A stretch of DNA of 64,000 nt from contig CM082576.2 of the NCBI GenBank assembly GCA_040954595.2, positions 17,221,028-17,285,027 of the forward strand, read 5' to 3'. Shown here piece by piece: positions 48,492 to 62,200 of this stretch (its first letter is position 1; every line of letters starts with the position of its first letter). Under the pieces are notes generated by a model. It was not told the DNA's origin, ran no database searches, and saw only the letters and a program-made list of their open reading frames with translations. The position numbers were made by a program, and so were the translations under genes. The stretch is from Balanoglossus misakiensis (taxonomy: Eukaryota; Animalia; Hemichordata).

Positions 48492-51400
48492 TTAGTATTG
48501 ATGGGATGTTGTCTCTACCACTGGATAAGGTGTTGTTTTGTGTTCATGTTGATCATACTTGTCGTGACCAAATCTACAAAAAAAACAAGAAAATGATTTT
48601 GGAAGAAAGTCTAGGCATTGTTTTGACTACAGTGACAAATAAATGTTTCTTTTATGGCGTGTTCAATGACAACTGCATTGAGAACACTAGTATGGGGGGT
48701 CACACTCACACCATAAAGACGGTTCTGAAGTGTCTCAGATCAGAAACCGTCTTAAAAACTCGTGTGGACGATGTAAAGTGGTTCTGAAACGTCTCCGATT
48801 TGAGACGGCTTTGTCGGCCATACCTGAGCTGGTGTAAGGATTAACACCTCTCCGCAACCCATTGTCTGTGAGACTGAGCCTCAGCGCCTATACATAAACT
48901 GTGCGTGTGTGGACACAACGTGACTCGAAAGATTAATGCTCTGTATTTACCACAGGCAAGAGTGTCTCATTTTGTTTCGTGTGTGTTAACCTGATATAGT
49001 TTCATAATTTCTGTACACAAATTTATTTACTTACTGGAAACATCGTTTACAGAAAAGATCACCTTCACATCCATGGCATCTTAGAACTGCATCTTCATTA
49101 CAAATGCAACACCATGGTAATTCATCTGGATCCACAGCGACAAGCTAGAAAACATTTTGAATTTAAAATACTATTAATTAAAGCATTCAGATCTCATCTG
49201 ACTATTGACAATGACGGTTTTATAAATATGTGCAACGCCCTCCTTGTCTTTGCCTGATCTAAGTATAGCACTGATTCTCTACTGGCTAAACCAAACTGTT
49301 GATTGGTGCTGTCGTTGTGTGGGACTCGCTGGCAACGTGGGTAAAATCTATTGATTATCAACAGACTCAGAGCGCAAGACGGGTTCACTTTTCCAGTGAT
49401 AAAAATTAAATTTTTTTTTGTTGGTTTGATGTGATATTTGCTACATGTCTGCTGAAACAAGCCAAATCATCGGCCATTTTGTTTTGTTTAACCCTTTCTC
49501 CAGGTACATGTGCGTGTATGTAATTTCTGATAAATGGTCACAGAGTACATCAAGATATGCCTGCACATAGGATGTGAGTATGGCTCAAGAGAAACTGAAA
49601 ATTTGCCTCAGTTCAGTCAGCAGAACAACATAAATGACTTCTCACAGAAAAATAGTAATTGAATTAGTGTCAAAAACATTTCCTTTCTTATACTCTGGAC
49701 ATAGACTCCGATAACATCAAATGACTTACAGAATTTGTGGGTTTTCTGTTTTCATTTTCCTGCTCAGAGACTTGATCAGAATTAACATCAGAGATCGCAG
49801 ACGCTCCTATTGATTGACCTGGGATAAGCAGAAAGAAAACTGGTTGATGAAATAAAAAGTAGCATCTAGGACACTGTGGTCCCAGTTGATTACAATGACA
49901 TTCAATTTCAAATGTAACCTACTGTTCAGCAATAGTAGAGACTGATTATTCAATTTGGCGAGTTTTTTCACTCTTGTGTCTACAAGTGGGAGGAAGTTGT
50001 GTGTGGTTGAACGTTGATTCACTTTATATTCACATGTAGAATAACATAAACAATGTCTTGTATCAAACATAATTAATGGAAAAATGGGTAGCGAGAGAGA
50101 GAGACTTTGTCCCTTTAATGCATGATAGAATATTTCACTGAAAAGCCCCAAGGAGAACAAATTGTAAATCACCTGATTTTGTATCAGTGTCTTCGTTTGT
50201 ATCACCCTCACTATTTCTCCTCAGTCTTGCAAGTCTTTCCTCAACTTCCTTATCAATAGCATTCTGACTTTCTTCTAACTTTATTTCCTGCTCAGCCTGC
50301 TCAATGAGTTGTTGAATATCATGGTCTGACACATTTTTGGCATTATCAGAATCTTGTGCAGCTTGTGAGATTATTTTCTCTTGCCCTGATGATGCTGTGT
50401 CAGAACTCATCACGGTGTTGTGTAGACTGTCTTTCTGTAAAGAGTCTTCAGCATCTAAGAGAAACAAGCAAATAATTATATTTTACCATGAATACAAGAA
50501 ATGTTGACAGGTGTCGCATGATGATTCTCAGCTCCATGCACATTTAACCCTAACGCTGCCAAGTCAGTTGAAACTGGTTTGATTTCCAGGGTGCCTAGAA
50601 TCCTGGCTCCCAGGCCTGTTAGACTGCCAAGTGCGTGTTAATCAGTAGGGCCTATACAAGACCCTCAGACCAATACAGTGCAAACCAGTGCGATTTGGTA
50701 AATTTTACAGGGGGCTCAGACTGCCAAGTGTGTCTAAGAACGTATGAGAGCTATACCAAGAAGAAGAGAAATGGCACAAAGGTATTTTATTTTTAAGGGA
50801 CTTGACATTCTAAACAGGTATGACACCCAGTAGCATTAGGGTTAATGAACACATTCTATGTTATCAATATAATCCTATATAAAGTTAGATTTTCTTACCA
50901 AATAGATACCTGTAGCTACATTTACATATAACTAATTAGTTAAACCCCGGTGCGGAAAGTACCGGGGTTCGGATTAATGTGTGTTTGTATAGTTGTTTAT
51001 TTGGGAGTGGTCGTCGTGCATAATGACTGTGTAATTGACCTCATGTACACAGAAAATAATTGAACACTTTACACCTCTACGCGATTGACAGCTGTTTGAA
51101 TGGCGTGGTTATTGTTTCCCAGGGACGCTTCTGGAAAGCACTGAAACTAGATTTCTCCCAAAATCATCGTTGTTTCAAAAGCTCGTGTACTTTTTCGTCG
51201 ATAACTTTATGTTGTGTGTGTTTATAAAGCCAACTACTGTCGTTGTGTGGTGTAATTCTTTATGCTTGGACCTGTTTGGGCCGATTTTCATAGAGCTAAG
51301 ATGGTTGGTGTTGTCTGTTGTCAGTCAAACGGCATTAAGATTCGCCACTGATTTGGGGGGTCTTTTATACCCCGCACCGGGGTTTAACATGCTGGCATTA

Positions 51401-54400
51401 CACATGGAACCTGCATACCAAATGCACACCAAATTTCCAAGTGATTCAGCGAGCGATTTCAGTGGAGAAAAGTGTTGAAAGATGACGGACGGCAAGCGAC
51501 GACAGACAATCACAGCGGAGCTAAAACCTTTGCTTTATAACGATATAATTAAAATTTTCCAATAGCATGCAGGAGGATGACTCAGGTGCAGATAAATTTC
51601 AGCAAAAATATTTACTGAAGTCTTTTCAAATAATACAAGTCTACGGTGAACAACACATGTGTACAGTCTATGACATGTGCACACAGGGTCTAATGACTAA
51701 AACTAGAAAATTCCGCCTATCCACACAAAACAAGCAAATCTACATAAATGCTACCTGGGGTACCTATAAGCCAATTTTCAAGGCAATTTGACTAGTAAGA
51801 GTGGGAAGACAAAATATAATATATGACTGATTACTCATGTCATCATGTACCGTTAACTGTGCACTGATGAGAGAGCAGTCTGTATCAAACCCAATAGAGA
51901 ATATATCCATTAAACGTTTAATACATACCTCGGCTTTGATTTCCAAGTATCTTAGCATCCAAGGCAACTTCATCTGCAATCTCAGTGAACAATTCATCAT
52001 ACTGATCAGCAAAGGACTTTTGCACTGGAGGCTGGAAGACCTAAACATAGACAAATAATTACACATACAATCAAATTCAACATATTTGATTTAAATACTG
52101 AAAACATAAACTATAGCATCAAGATCACTGAGTTCTCACTTGACCTGTATTTTCGGGGGGGGGGGGGGGGGGGGGGGGTGTCGCATATACATGTACATGT
52201 ATTTGGTCTCAAACTCACTGATATCAGTTATCCTTGGCCACATACTGATCAGTGTCCAACTCATACCCACAAAACCACATTTAGCATTAGATCTTTACAT
52301 AATTTATGAGATAATAAAAGAGTAAATTTGATGGAAACATTCCAATGACCCTCCAACTCAGTTGGATGGTAGTTTCTAAAAAAAAGATGATATAATGATT
52401 CAAATGACAAAATTGCCCAAAAGTGAACCATTCTTGTTACACACACTATAATAAGAACACTCCAGGGCCATATACAAACCATTACCAAATTTTAAAACAC
52501 TGGGCCCAGGGGCACTGAAGTCCTTTGGGCAAATATGTATAGTTATTAAAAATAAACATTTAAAAGAAATATAAGGCTTTTTTTTTATCACAGCCATTGA
52601 AGCCCGCATCAAAGTTCTGACTTTCATATCTGATCGAGAAGCACTGAAGTCTGCAGTTGACCTGGCATAATATTGACAAACCTGTTACATTAAGTTTATT
52701 GCAATGTGTGTCTATCAAAATCAAGCACTATAAATGTCCTTGTGCATACTTTGCGATATTTTCGTAATAACCTCATATTATGCATATAATTTAAAATTTA
52801 TATAAAACATACATACTGATTGAGTAGGTTGTTTCATAACTTCTGGATCCAATCCTTTTAACCTGGCCAACCTTTCCTCCATTTCTTCAGTACTTGGAAT
52901 GGGCCCTGTTTTCAAGATCAAACAATCTCAGTATTAACAGTTACCAATAAAATATACATAAAATACCAGTAGCTCTGTAGCTACTACAGGGCTGGATGGT
53001 ATGGAAGATGTACATGTAGTATAATGCTAGGGGGCACATGCATGTGGCTGATGAATATATAATTTTCTCAGAATTGCAGACCCTGCTGTTTACATACTTT
53101 GTAAATTGTCAAGCAACAATGCATATAAAGAAATGTTTATTATTAGAAATAACTAATTTGTATGTTTCAGTTACAGACAACATTGACATGGAATGATTTT
53201 GCAGAAACAAAGCAGTTGCTGTGAGCATTAAAATCTGACTGGGACCTATTCAAACCAGCATAAAATAATCTTCTCTGGGGTATACAATACTAGTGTGATC
53301 TCTGACCTGTCACAGTTCAAAACTATACAGGGAAATCAACTCCCAAAGTTGGTTATTTTGTTTTTATTGCTGCTTGTTTTGTTGAAGTCTATATCACATA
53401 TGTTTTTTTTTCTAAATTTGCTTCATGGCCTGAATTATTGAAATAATTGGTACTTTCAATCACAAAAACTCATGTGTTGATATAAACAGTACTATAACTG
53501 GTGCCTAGTGCATTACGTTTTTAGGCCTGAGACGGCACCACTAAACAAATTCTTGTATGCCCAGTTAGGGCTTATTCAGCCATTGCACATAATCCCAATA
53601 TGGCCACAGTAGAAACATGTTTTCACTAAGACAGAACTGGTTTTTGGACCACCAAGTTTTTGCAATTGACCACCAAAATGTGGTGGTCAACATAGGCCAC
53701 TGATACAAAATGAACGTTGAAACACTGCAGTGTGATGTCATACTACAGCTATATGAACTCAGCAAACCCATATTCCACTTGTGAAGAATACAGATGCCTG
53801 GACTACTTTTTTATGTAAACAAGCAAAAATCAGTTGTTCTTGATCTAAAACCCAAAAGGTTAGGGTTATTAAGTATAGGGAAATTTGGCATAATAAACAC
53901 ATGTGAAATGTGAAATGAGAATCAATGTTACTGAACTTTTAACAAGTACATTTTTGTTTAGGCGGGTAAATTTGTCTGCTGTCTGTACGATCGAGTCAGA
54001 TGAAGCAAAATCATGTCAGCAACAGAGCAGCAAAGTTACGTCAATGTCACCAATGAACAAATTGAAAATTTCATCGCAAATCAACACCGTAAAAAGCAAT
54101 CAATACATCAGTGAAGTAGTTTGAAGACCTTTCTACATTATTTGATGAATTTTATCTGTTGCCACCAGAAATTCTAATCAACACCTTGTTAAGTTTTTCC
54201 TTGTAGCTCAAAAATCATCATTTTAATATTTATGGTGATCATAAGGTATATGATAAAACCTTTACGGCCCTGATACGGGATTTGAAGACCTCAGTCGTAC
54301 AGCGTTCAGGCCATACAACCTCAATTCACAAATTCTGTATCACTATCAGGGCTGTAAAGATGAATCTAGGAGGACCAACACATACATCATACCTCTCGCC

Positions 54401-56743
54401 TTGATTCTTTCTTCTTTCAGTTTCTCCAGCCTTTGTGCAATTTCTTTATCCTTTGGTGAAAGCCCTTTGTATTTTTTCTGGCCTTTACTGGTAACATGGT
54501 AGGCTGGTTGGGCAGCAACACCAGCAGTCTCCACCTCAGCCTGCTTTTCCAGTCTCCTAAAATGTCAAGGGACAAATGAAACAAAATGGAAGAAATAGAA
54601 ATATTACTGTCCTCCACTTTTTTGTCCTATCGAAGAAGAATGTGTAAACTGTAAACTGCAAATGTTGCATTGGACACACAAACACACATTTGACAAATGT
54701 TGCATAATTAGAATGTTTGTATCTACCGGTACTTATGATTGTTACCTCAATTAAAGGTATACAGTCACCTCCAATTTCAATACACCCATATATGGCTGAA
54801 ATGGTGTATTTGAGTGTTATAAAGAACATATGGAGTGGCGCTCTTTTTTTTTGCATGTGCCACCCACTGAAAATCTGAGATTGGCTAGATCTCAATTTGC
54901 CATGGTAACTAGCTAAATTTGCATTGGTGACTGTATACCTTTAAACTGCTGATCTAATACTCATGTGGACAGCAAATAGGACCTGGATGCTAGAAGGACT
55001 GAAATTTGATTTTGTTGAGGTTCTTGGTTACTTTAATTAGCATCATGATGACCTGTGTAAAAGTTGTATAGAGCAAAGACACTTGACTTACTTCTTAAAA
55101 TTTGCAGGAGGAGAATATTTCGCCAAGTTTTCTACATTCTGTTTTGGGCAATCAGGATTCATAAGCTGATCAAAACATTTTGTACATACATTCTGCAAGG
55201 CTTTGCCAAGCTTTGGGACCACTGCTTGCTTGGATCGGCATTTTTTACACACTGAATGACCACAGTTTGCACAGCCATACTGCAAATGAATCAAAGAAAG
55301 TCTTTGGTGAAAACCAAGTGTAGAGGGAATTATCTACCATCCTCATGTACATGTACAGGTCAAAGGTTACCTAAAAAGTTTGAATAATAATAATAATGAT
55401 TAAAGCGTGTAGCTCGTCTCACGCGCATAACTTCCCAGCAAATTTTCTGTTCGATGCATTCAAATAGCGGACTGCCTTCGCTTCCTTCCATATTTCATGT
55501 GCACTGTATAAGTAGATTCTGGTTTTGTCCCTCCTTCTAGTGTCTTTTCCCGATCACCGACACAGATTATGGTCACCACCATCTTGTGTGAGCACTGCCT
55601 TATGGGATTGACTGTTCACTAAACGTCTGGAACCAGCGACTACAGTTGGAACATGCGTGTGAGACGAGCTACGCGCTTTAAATAAAGACTTATATAGTTA
55701 GCAAAATTTAAATAATAGGCTGGATTGCAGTGAACATATTTTGGTCACAATGTCAAAGAATAATTTAGGGGTTATTTTGAAAATACATGATCCTACAGAA
55801 GGCCTTGATGTTGTCAAATATTTTGTTTACTTTTCACACGCACATGCATGAACAGCAAAACTCTTCAAATTCTTTTTATGCAACACAGTTGTGTAAAACT
55901 GAAACAGTTTATGACCCAGATAACTTCAGAAATATACAACAAAATGCCAAATTGAGGTTGATTGATACATCAAAGAATGACCCTCTGTATACATATGGAT
56001 CAATGGCGTTGTCTTTTGAAAACATGCCCCTTGAAATAGCATCTGTCACATCACAGGGTACATAATTTTGGGCTGACTTCAGAGATGTAAAATAAGCCTT
56101 ATGAAAGGTATGAATTAGGCCTGATATAGTTCAGGACTGCAGCACAGTGACATACATGTATCATGTATGTAAAAAAAAGTGCCCTACCCCCTCCTCGTTT
56201 TTTACAGAAAGCACCCTAAGACCTCGTTTCAAAATACTGAACTGTGTAGCTAGCTCGAGGTTTTGCCTGTTGGTTTGTGGGATCTGGTTCAGTTAGTGGA
56301 CACGACTATACCCCATGGGCGATACCATGGCAATGAGGGTGAGTTAGGGTTAGGGTTAGGAGGGTTAGGGGTGGCAATGTGAGGCTGAGTTTAACCCTAA
56401 CCCTCCTAACCCTAACCCTAAAAAAACATGGTATCGCCCATGGGGTATAGTCGTGTCCACTAAGTGAACCAGATCCGGTTTGTGTGTCAGACGGCACAGA
56501 TACTGAACTGCAGCGCTAGCTGAGGCCACCATAAGCACTGCGTACAGGTCTGTGTGATCCCCGCGTACCTGTTCGCATGGCTAGATGTGGTCACTGGTCG
56601 CACCGTAGATGAGAGTATATAGGGAGCGCTCTCAACTACGGCGCGACCTGTGGATGTGGTTAACACTATTCAACGCACAAAAAGCCCACCTCTTTTTTCA
56701 GGAAACCAAACTCCTTGGCACATATAAAACAGTGACTGGCCAT
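48492..56743 (-). CDS. ZFYVE19: Abscission/NoCut checkpoint regulator (FYVE zinc finger protein 19), about 385 aa, 9 coding exons
   Basis: Exons 56743-56690, 55279-55092, 54556-54393, 52905-52817, 52040-51929, 50454-50173, 49806-49730, 49144-49035, 48573-48492; all GT-AG and phase-consistent. [44 protein letters not shown]; [16 protein letters not shown]; C-terminal [34 protein letters not shown]. Confidence 0.95.
50548..50841. mobile_element. piggyBac-like MITE; inverted copy at 63020-63329
   Basis: TTAA|CCCTAACGCT ... AGCATTAGGG|TTAA. Confidence 0.85.
50944..51383. mobile_element. TTAA-target MITE
   Basis: TTAA|ACCCCGGTGCGG ... CCGCACCGGGGT|TTAA. Confidence 0.8.
54755..54940. mobile_element. 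TTAA MITE (Kolobok/T2-like)
   Basis: TTAA|AGGTATACAGTCACC ... GGTGACTGTATACCT|TTAA. Confidence 0.85.
55404..55677. mobile_element. TTAA MITE
   Basis: TTAA|AGCGTGTAGCTCGTCTCAC ... GTGAGACGAGCTACGCGCT|TTAA. Confidence 0.8.
56280..56476. mobile_element. 197-bp foldback MITE carrying inverted telomeric repeats
   Basis: About 50-bp TIR GGATCTGGTTCA(G/C)TTAGTGGACACGACTATACCCCATGGGCGATACCATG; internal (TTAGGG)n then (CCCTAA)n; 8-bp TSD GGTTTGTG (56272-56279/56477-56484). Confidence 0.9.
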
Positions 56744-57580
56744 GACTATGAGAACAAATGGGTCAGAAATGCCTCCCACAGTCAACTACATCATCACTAC
56801 CCGCTCGCACGACTGTCACTGTCAGAAATCGGTCACACTTCCGGAAACTGGGTCATCGTCGTGTGACCCACGGTGACCTTGTATATTTGTATGACCATAT
56901 TATTCAACACTTTCTTTTCTTCCATTTTGCAGTACACTATGATCTTAAGTAGTTCGTTGTCAAACAGCTTTACACAAGCAACTTTAGTTTATTATAATTG
57001 GGAAGTTTTCTTTCCCATACACACCAAGCGTCTATAATTTCAAACATTTCGCTTTGAACGAGCCTGGAAGGAACTGGGGCATGTGGGGACACAGCACATG
57101 CAGAGGTACAGAGCATAAATGACCTGTTTCCAAAACGATATGCCATTTCAGGAGATCCGAATTCATCAACGAGAAACCTAGAGATATCAATATCAGATAT
57201 GGTTATTCACCAAGTCATGATAATGAACCTTTTTCGCACTCGGTCTACTTCTCATCACGACCTATGCGCAGATATTTTCGCAACCAGACTTTGGGGGGGG
57301 GGGGGGAGGAGAGCCTCCTTCGGTTTTCATAGTTCGCTATTGGAAATTGCGGACAGGAAGTTTGTCGATAAAGAGTTATCTCTAATTTCTATATATAATT
57401 TAAGCTGAAAACGCAAATTTAAATGAGCACAGTCAGCAAAACATTTGTGAAAATTTAATATTACAAAGTTAGGGAGTTCTACTTCCGGCGTGGAATACAT
57501 TTTGTCGTTGTTACGGTTGTTATATAGAGAATACTCGTTTCTTCCAGAACAACGTTTCCATTTGAAATATTAACATAAAC
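56744..57580. promoter_or_regulatory. Probable bidirectional promoter region, ZFYVE19/NXF1
   Basis: Divergent ATGs 837 bp apart; ETS-type ACTTCCGG at 56837 and 57481. Confidence 0.55.
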
Positions 57581-59175
57581 ATGGCATCTCATAACGCAAA
57601 AGATTTTAAAGTTACTACAACTAGATGTGGAATGAGATCGTTCGGAGGTAAGTCACACATTGTCATACTAGATCATAGTCAACTCATCGTGTGTTGAGGC
57701 TCAACGTTTGGATTCCGCGCTGTAGTGTATATGTAGTATGGACAGGTGACTAAAATTTAATATTAAGTATATTTAGAAATGATAGTGGACTTGGGTAAAG
57801 GTATTGTAAAGAACATCATATGTTTGAATACAATTAACCCAAGTTCTTTGCATGTTTACGAAATGGTCGCCCCGGAAAATGTTATTTTTTGTTTTTCTGT
57901 CTGGGAAAGTATGCAAAGAAGACCCACAAGGTCACAGAGCCTATATTACACACATATATTGACTGGCCATGTAACAGCATACGTTTGTTGCTCCAAAGGA
58001 CTGTAAGTCGCCATATAACAGTCTTTTTCCAGAGGCCAAAGGCCGAGGGAACAGACTGTTTAGTGGCAACTGTCAGGCCTGCGTACAGGTCTAATAGAAT
58101 CTCACACTCCCAAGGACCCCTGGGTCCTGGGAACATATTTCTCACACAAGTTGGGGAATTTTTGATCCACACGAGCCACAGGTGAGTGGGGGCAAAATAT
58201 CCCTGGCAAGTGCGAGAAACATGATCCCAGGTCCTTGCTCCTCGACTTGGTGTGTGAGATTATATTTCTCACACGGCCATAAATCAGCCAATAAAAGAAT
58301 ATCATATTTGCAACACATACTAAAATGAAATTGATAGCCTGGAGACGGCATATTGTTTCACGTAAATGGAAGGTTTTCACCAGTAATCAAAAGAGACTTC
58401 AAACTATACTTACTTCTGCCTATACAAAACCTTTTGGCCTTATTGATGCTGGCAGTTTTTGATTGCGTTTGTAGGGCTTCATGATTCAAAAGTACTAGTG
58501 TTTTGCAGATGTCATGAAAGTTTGAAACTAGATAAAGTTTTTATTATATTAATGAAAATTAAGTATAAAATTTCAATTTCACAGAGACTGTCAAACAAAT
58601 TTCATGCTGCAGAATAACATTTCCAATATATTTACAAAGCTTGCTCTGTTCCTACTAAATTACACTCAGCATTTGTGTACTACTCTTACTACATGTAATT
58701 TCTTTCAAATACATGTAAGAGCCCAGTGTCCTTGATCTTATTTTAGGTGCCTTGGGATTTATTTATAGAGTATGTATACATATAATATGTTTGCATCCAG
58801 TACTACATTGTACCTGTATACCAGATCTAGATTACAATGTACTGCATATGAAATTACTTGTCCACAGCCTTTGTACATTTGTGATTTGGTTTTGGTGTAA
58901 ACTAATCATAGTATGATATATTATTTTTTTAATGTAGAGCATGATGATAGATCAGCTCCCTCATCATGGAGAGGAAGGCGGGATCGATCATCTCGACGGC
59001 GTGGTGGTGGTGGTCGGGGCAGAAATAGAGGTCGTGGTGGTACTCGTGTTGCTCCATATTTGGGTCCAAGATCAAGATTAGAGGATGATGATGGGGACAT
59101 TGCCATGGATGACCAAGTGCCATCAGCTGGTGGTTCAAGATAGTATGTCCATTGAGCATATTGTCTGTCTATCTA

Positions 59176-59206
<31 letters not shown>

Positions 59207-62200
59207 GTCTGTCTGTCTGTCTATCGAGAGAGAGAGAGAGTGAGTTTAAGCATTGATCAGTAAGAGAGTGTGCCACATGTAGCATTGATCAGTAAGAGCC
59301 TCCTTGAAATCAAATGTACTTACATGTATGGGTGTTGTCATTGGAAGCCGTACATACATGTACATGTACATGTCCAGGAATTACAGTATTTGTCCATTTT
59401 GTCAATAATTATTGGTTGCACTGACACAAAAATGAATATTCAGATCAGGTTGAATTTTTACATGTTATCACACGTGTATACAAATGAAATTGGTGTATTT
59501 TATCAATGACATATAAATCATTTTTCTGCAGTGTCCCGTATGGTGGCAGACCCAAATCTCGCCGAGGCAATTACCCTGAAGGTGGTAGAGAAGACACTCG
59601 CACAGAGAGAGACTCGAGGGGAAGTGCAATGAGCAGACTAGGGCTACCTGTAGATCTAAGCGTCAAAGGTAGACAAGATGTTAGAAACAGAGACAGAGGA
59701 AAGGACAGAGCCGATCTGACTTGGGCAAAAATAACAGTAAGTAACAAACTGTTAAAGGCACGTAAGCTGCAACTGGATAAAAAATTAAAGTTTTAAATAA
59801 TCTCATATATGCTTTTAATTATGTCTATTAAATGCTATTTCATGATAATATATCAAGCTCAACACTTATTTATGACATAGTTGCCAAAAATTAAAGAAAA
59901 ACGAAAATTCCTGCAATTTTAAAAAAAGTGCAATATTGCGATGAAAAATTAAAATCTGGTGTCTCAGTGGTGTACATTTACTTCCATGAGCTCAAGTGGA
60001 TGAGATCATGTTTTGTTTATGAAGTTTCACAAGCGGAAATGCAACATTTTCATTGTTTCTTGCATTTTCCCACGGTGGCGGCCATAATCGCTTGCGGCAA
60101 AGCTTTATTATTTATCTGGTTAAATCTTGCATATGCACTCATATTTAGGGTTTATAATGCTTGTGTATAGTTCACTGCCTTCATCTGCATGGACTAATGG
60201 TAGTGCAGTTTGAAACAAAAATTATGAAAATGATCCCAAAAGTTACAGCTTACGTGCCTTTAACATTCGTTGTACCAAAATCAGTCAATTCTGTTACGTG
60301 GTTTTTTTCGTTAAAGGGACATTATCTGTAACTTTTGGCTATATTTGCAGTATTTTTTGTTTTGTGTTTCTAATGCAATTTCTTGCTCTACTCTGAACAA
60401 CCAGTACCACCACTTGTCAACATAGCCTGTATGTGTGTAACAATGTCAGCCATTGTTATTGTCGGAAAATGAATTCTAGTATGGACTTGAATTTGAATTT
60501 TACGTGATAATGATGCTGACTATACACATATATGTTGTGTTGACCAAGATTTGAACAAGAAACTGAGTAGATACACAAAACAGAAGAAACAGAGCAGAAA
60601 GTTACAGCTAATGAAGGTTTTAGGAAGTAAATATTACTTGTATTCGCATCAGTTTGTCATCTCTTGGCGATGCATAGCACAATAGTTGTGTACTCTTTGT
60701 GTGGTTGCGGCACCCGTAATATATAACTTGTTCAAATTGAACATACAGCCACAATCAGATGTTCATGTAAACCTATCAGTAACTAATAGATGGACCAATC
60801 TAAGTTAGAAAATAAGATCGAAAAGTGGCAGCTCTTGGGGCTTTATTTAAGAAAAGAATATCTCATCGCAAGAACAACCAGGATTGAAGTATGTTTGCTC
60901 CTTTTGATGGCGCCAATGCAATGTGGGGTTTCAAGTCGTGGGTAGTTGCACTCCTACTGGAAGAGGCATCATTTATCATACCTGGGCCCCATGTTCAGGT
61001 TCTTTTGGGGATGTTTGTAATTTATGCAAAGTCCACCAAACATTTAATTTTTGGAAAGAATGGATTCTGATATTTCAGAAAATGCATGGTGGAATTTCCC
61101 AGCCAAAAGTACTGGAATCCTTTCTTGCTCGTGAACTTTGTTGACATCGTTAAATTTTATTTTGTAGGTTATCAATGGACAGAGGTATGAAAAGGAATGG
61201 TTGATAAGATCCATCCAGAATTTTTGCTCAGTACCATTTCAACCAGTAGATGTGAGTTTTTGTTCATTTTAATTATTCTTTTGTATTTTCTGTGTATTTT
61301 TGGCTATTGCTGTAAAATATAATTTTAGCTCCTATTTATTATGTGGATGAGGGTGCGTGTGGGAGCACAGTGTTCCGGGACACATGACAGTGAAAATATT
61401 GTCAAAATGTGATGACTTAAACTTGAAATAGTGAAAAACTAATTTCCTTTTATATGTTCATCAGCATCAATACATAATTTTCTTTCATAGTACCACCACT
61501 TACATCGCCATGCACACTTTTACGTTGATGACAAGAAAACTGGTGATGAAATCAAAGCAGTTACCAGGAGGATCACTACAAAAGATGGAAAGGTAAACAT
61601 GAGATTTATTCTTTGAACAGTACATGTCTTTTTCTTTTTCATTTGTAAGTTAACTAAACTGAAAACTTTTACATATACCGGTAGTTCGCTAGCACACTGA
61701 ACTGCACAGAAGTAAGTAGTGGGCATGCTGCTAGACTCTGCTGGCTACAAGGCTCTACACTGACGCACCCGGCGTCCTCAAACCCAATATGGTGTTGTGT
61801 AGTGCACATGCAATCAGACTGTAAGCCTGCGTGGACGGTGAGGGGGGCTGTGAGAGAGTCTAGCATGCATGTGTATCATCCACAAACTAAATCTGGGCGT
61901 TTAACGGAGGGAGGCGTATAATAATAGGGTTATGCACAAAGTACGACCTAGACTCTATGGCAGTCGCTGTGCCTGTCGATAAGGAATGGAACTTTCGTAC
62001 GACGCGCTGCCAGGCAAAGCGACTGTACGTTTCTGCACACATATATTTGATATGAATATTCATGAGCGGCGTTAATTTGCATGTAGAACATCTAGAAGCG
62101 CACAAAGCTCGCGATAACGCCCAAAAATGCGTATTCTGTACCTGGTATGTACGCGTATAGAACTCATGTTGACGCGACGCTAATTTGATTGACAGACATA

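Noticed and set aside
56337-56421. Chromosome fusion scar or true telomere
   Set aside because: Only a few units, embedded in TIRs with an 8-bp TSD.
56732-57592. Both divergent proteins start MASH
   Set aside because: Different codons and no wider inverted similarity; coincidence.
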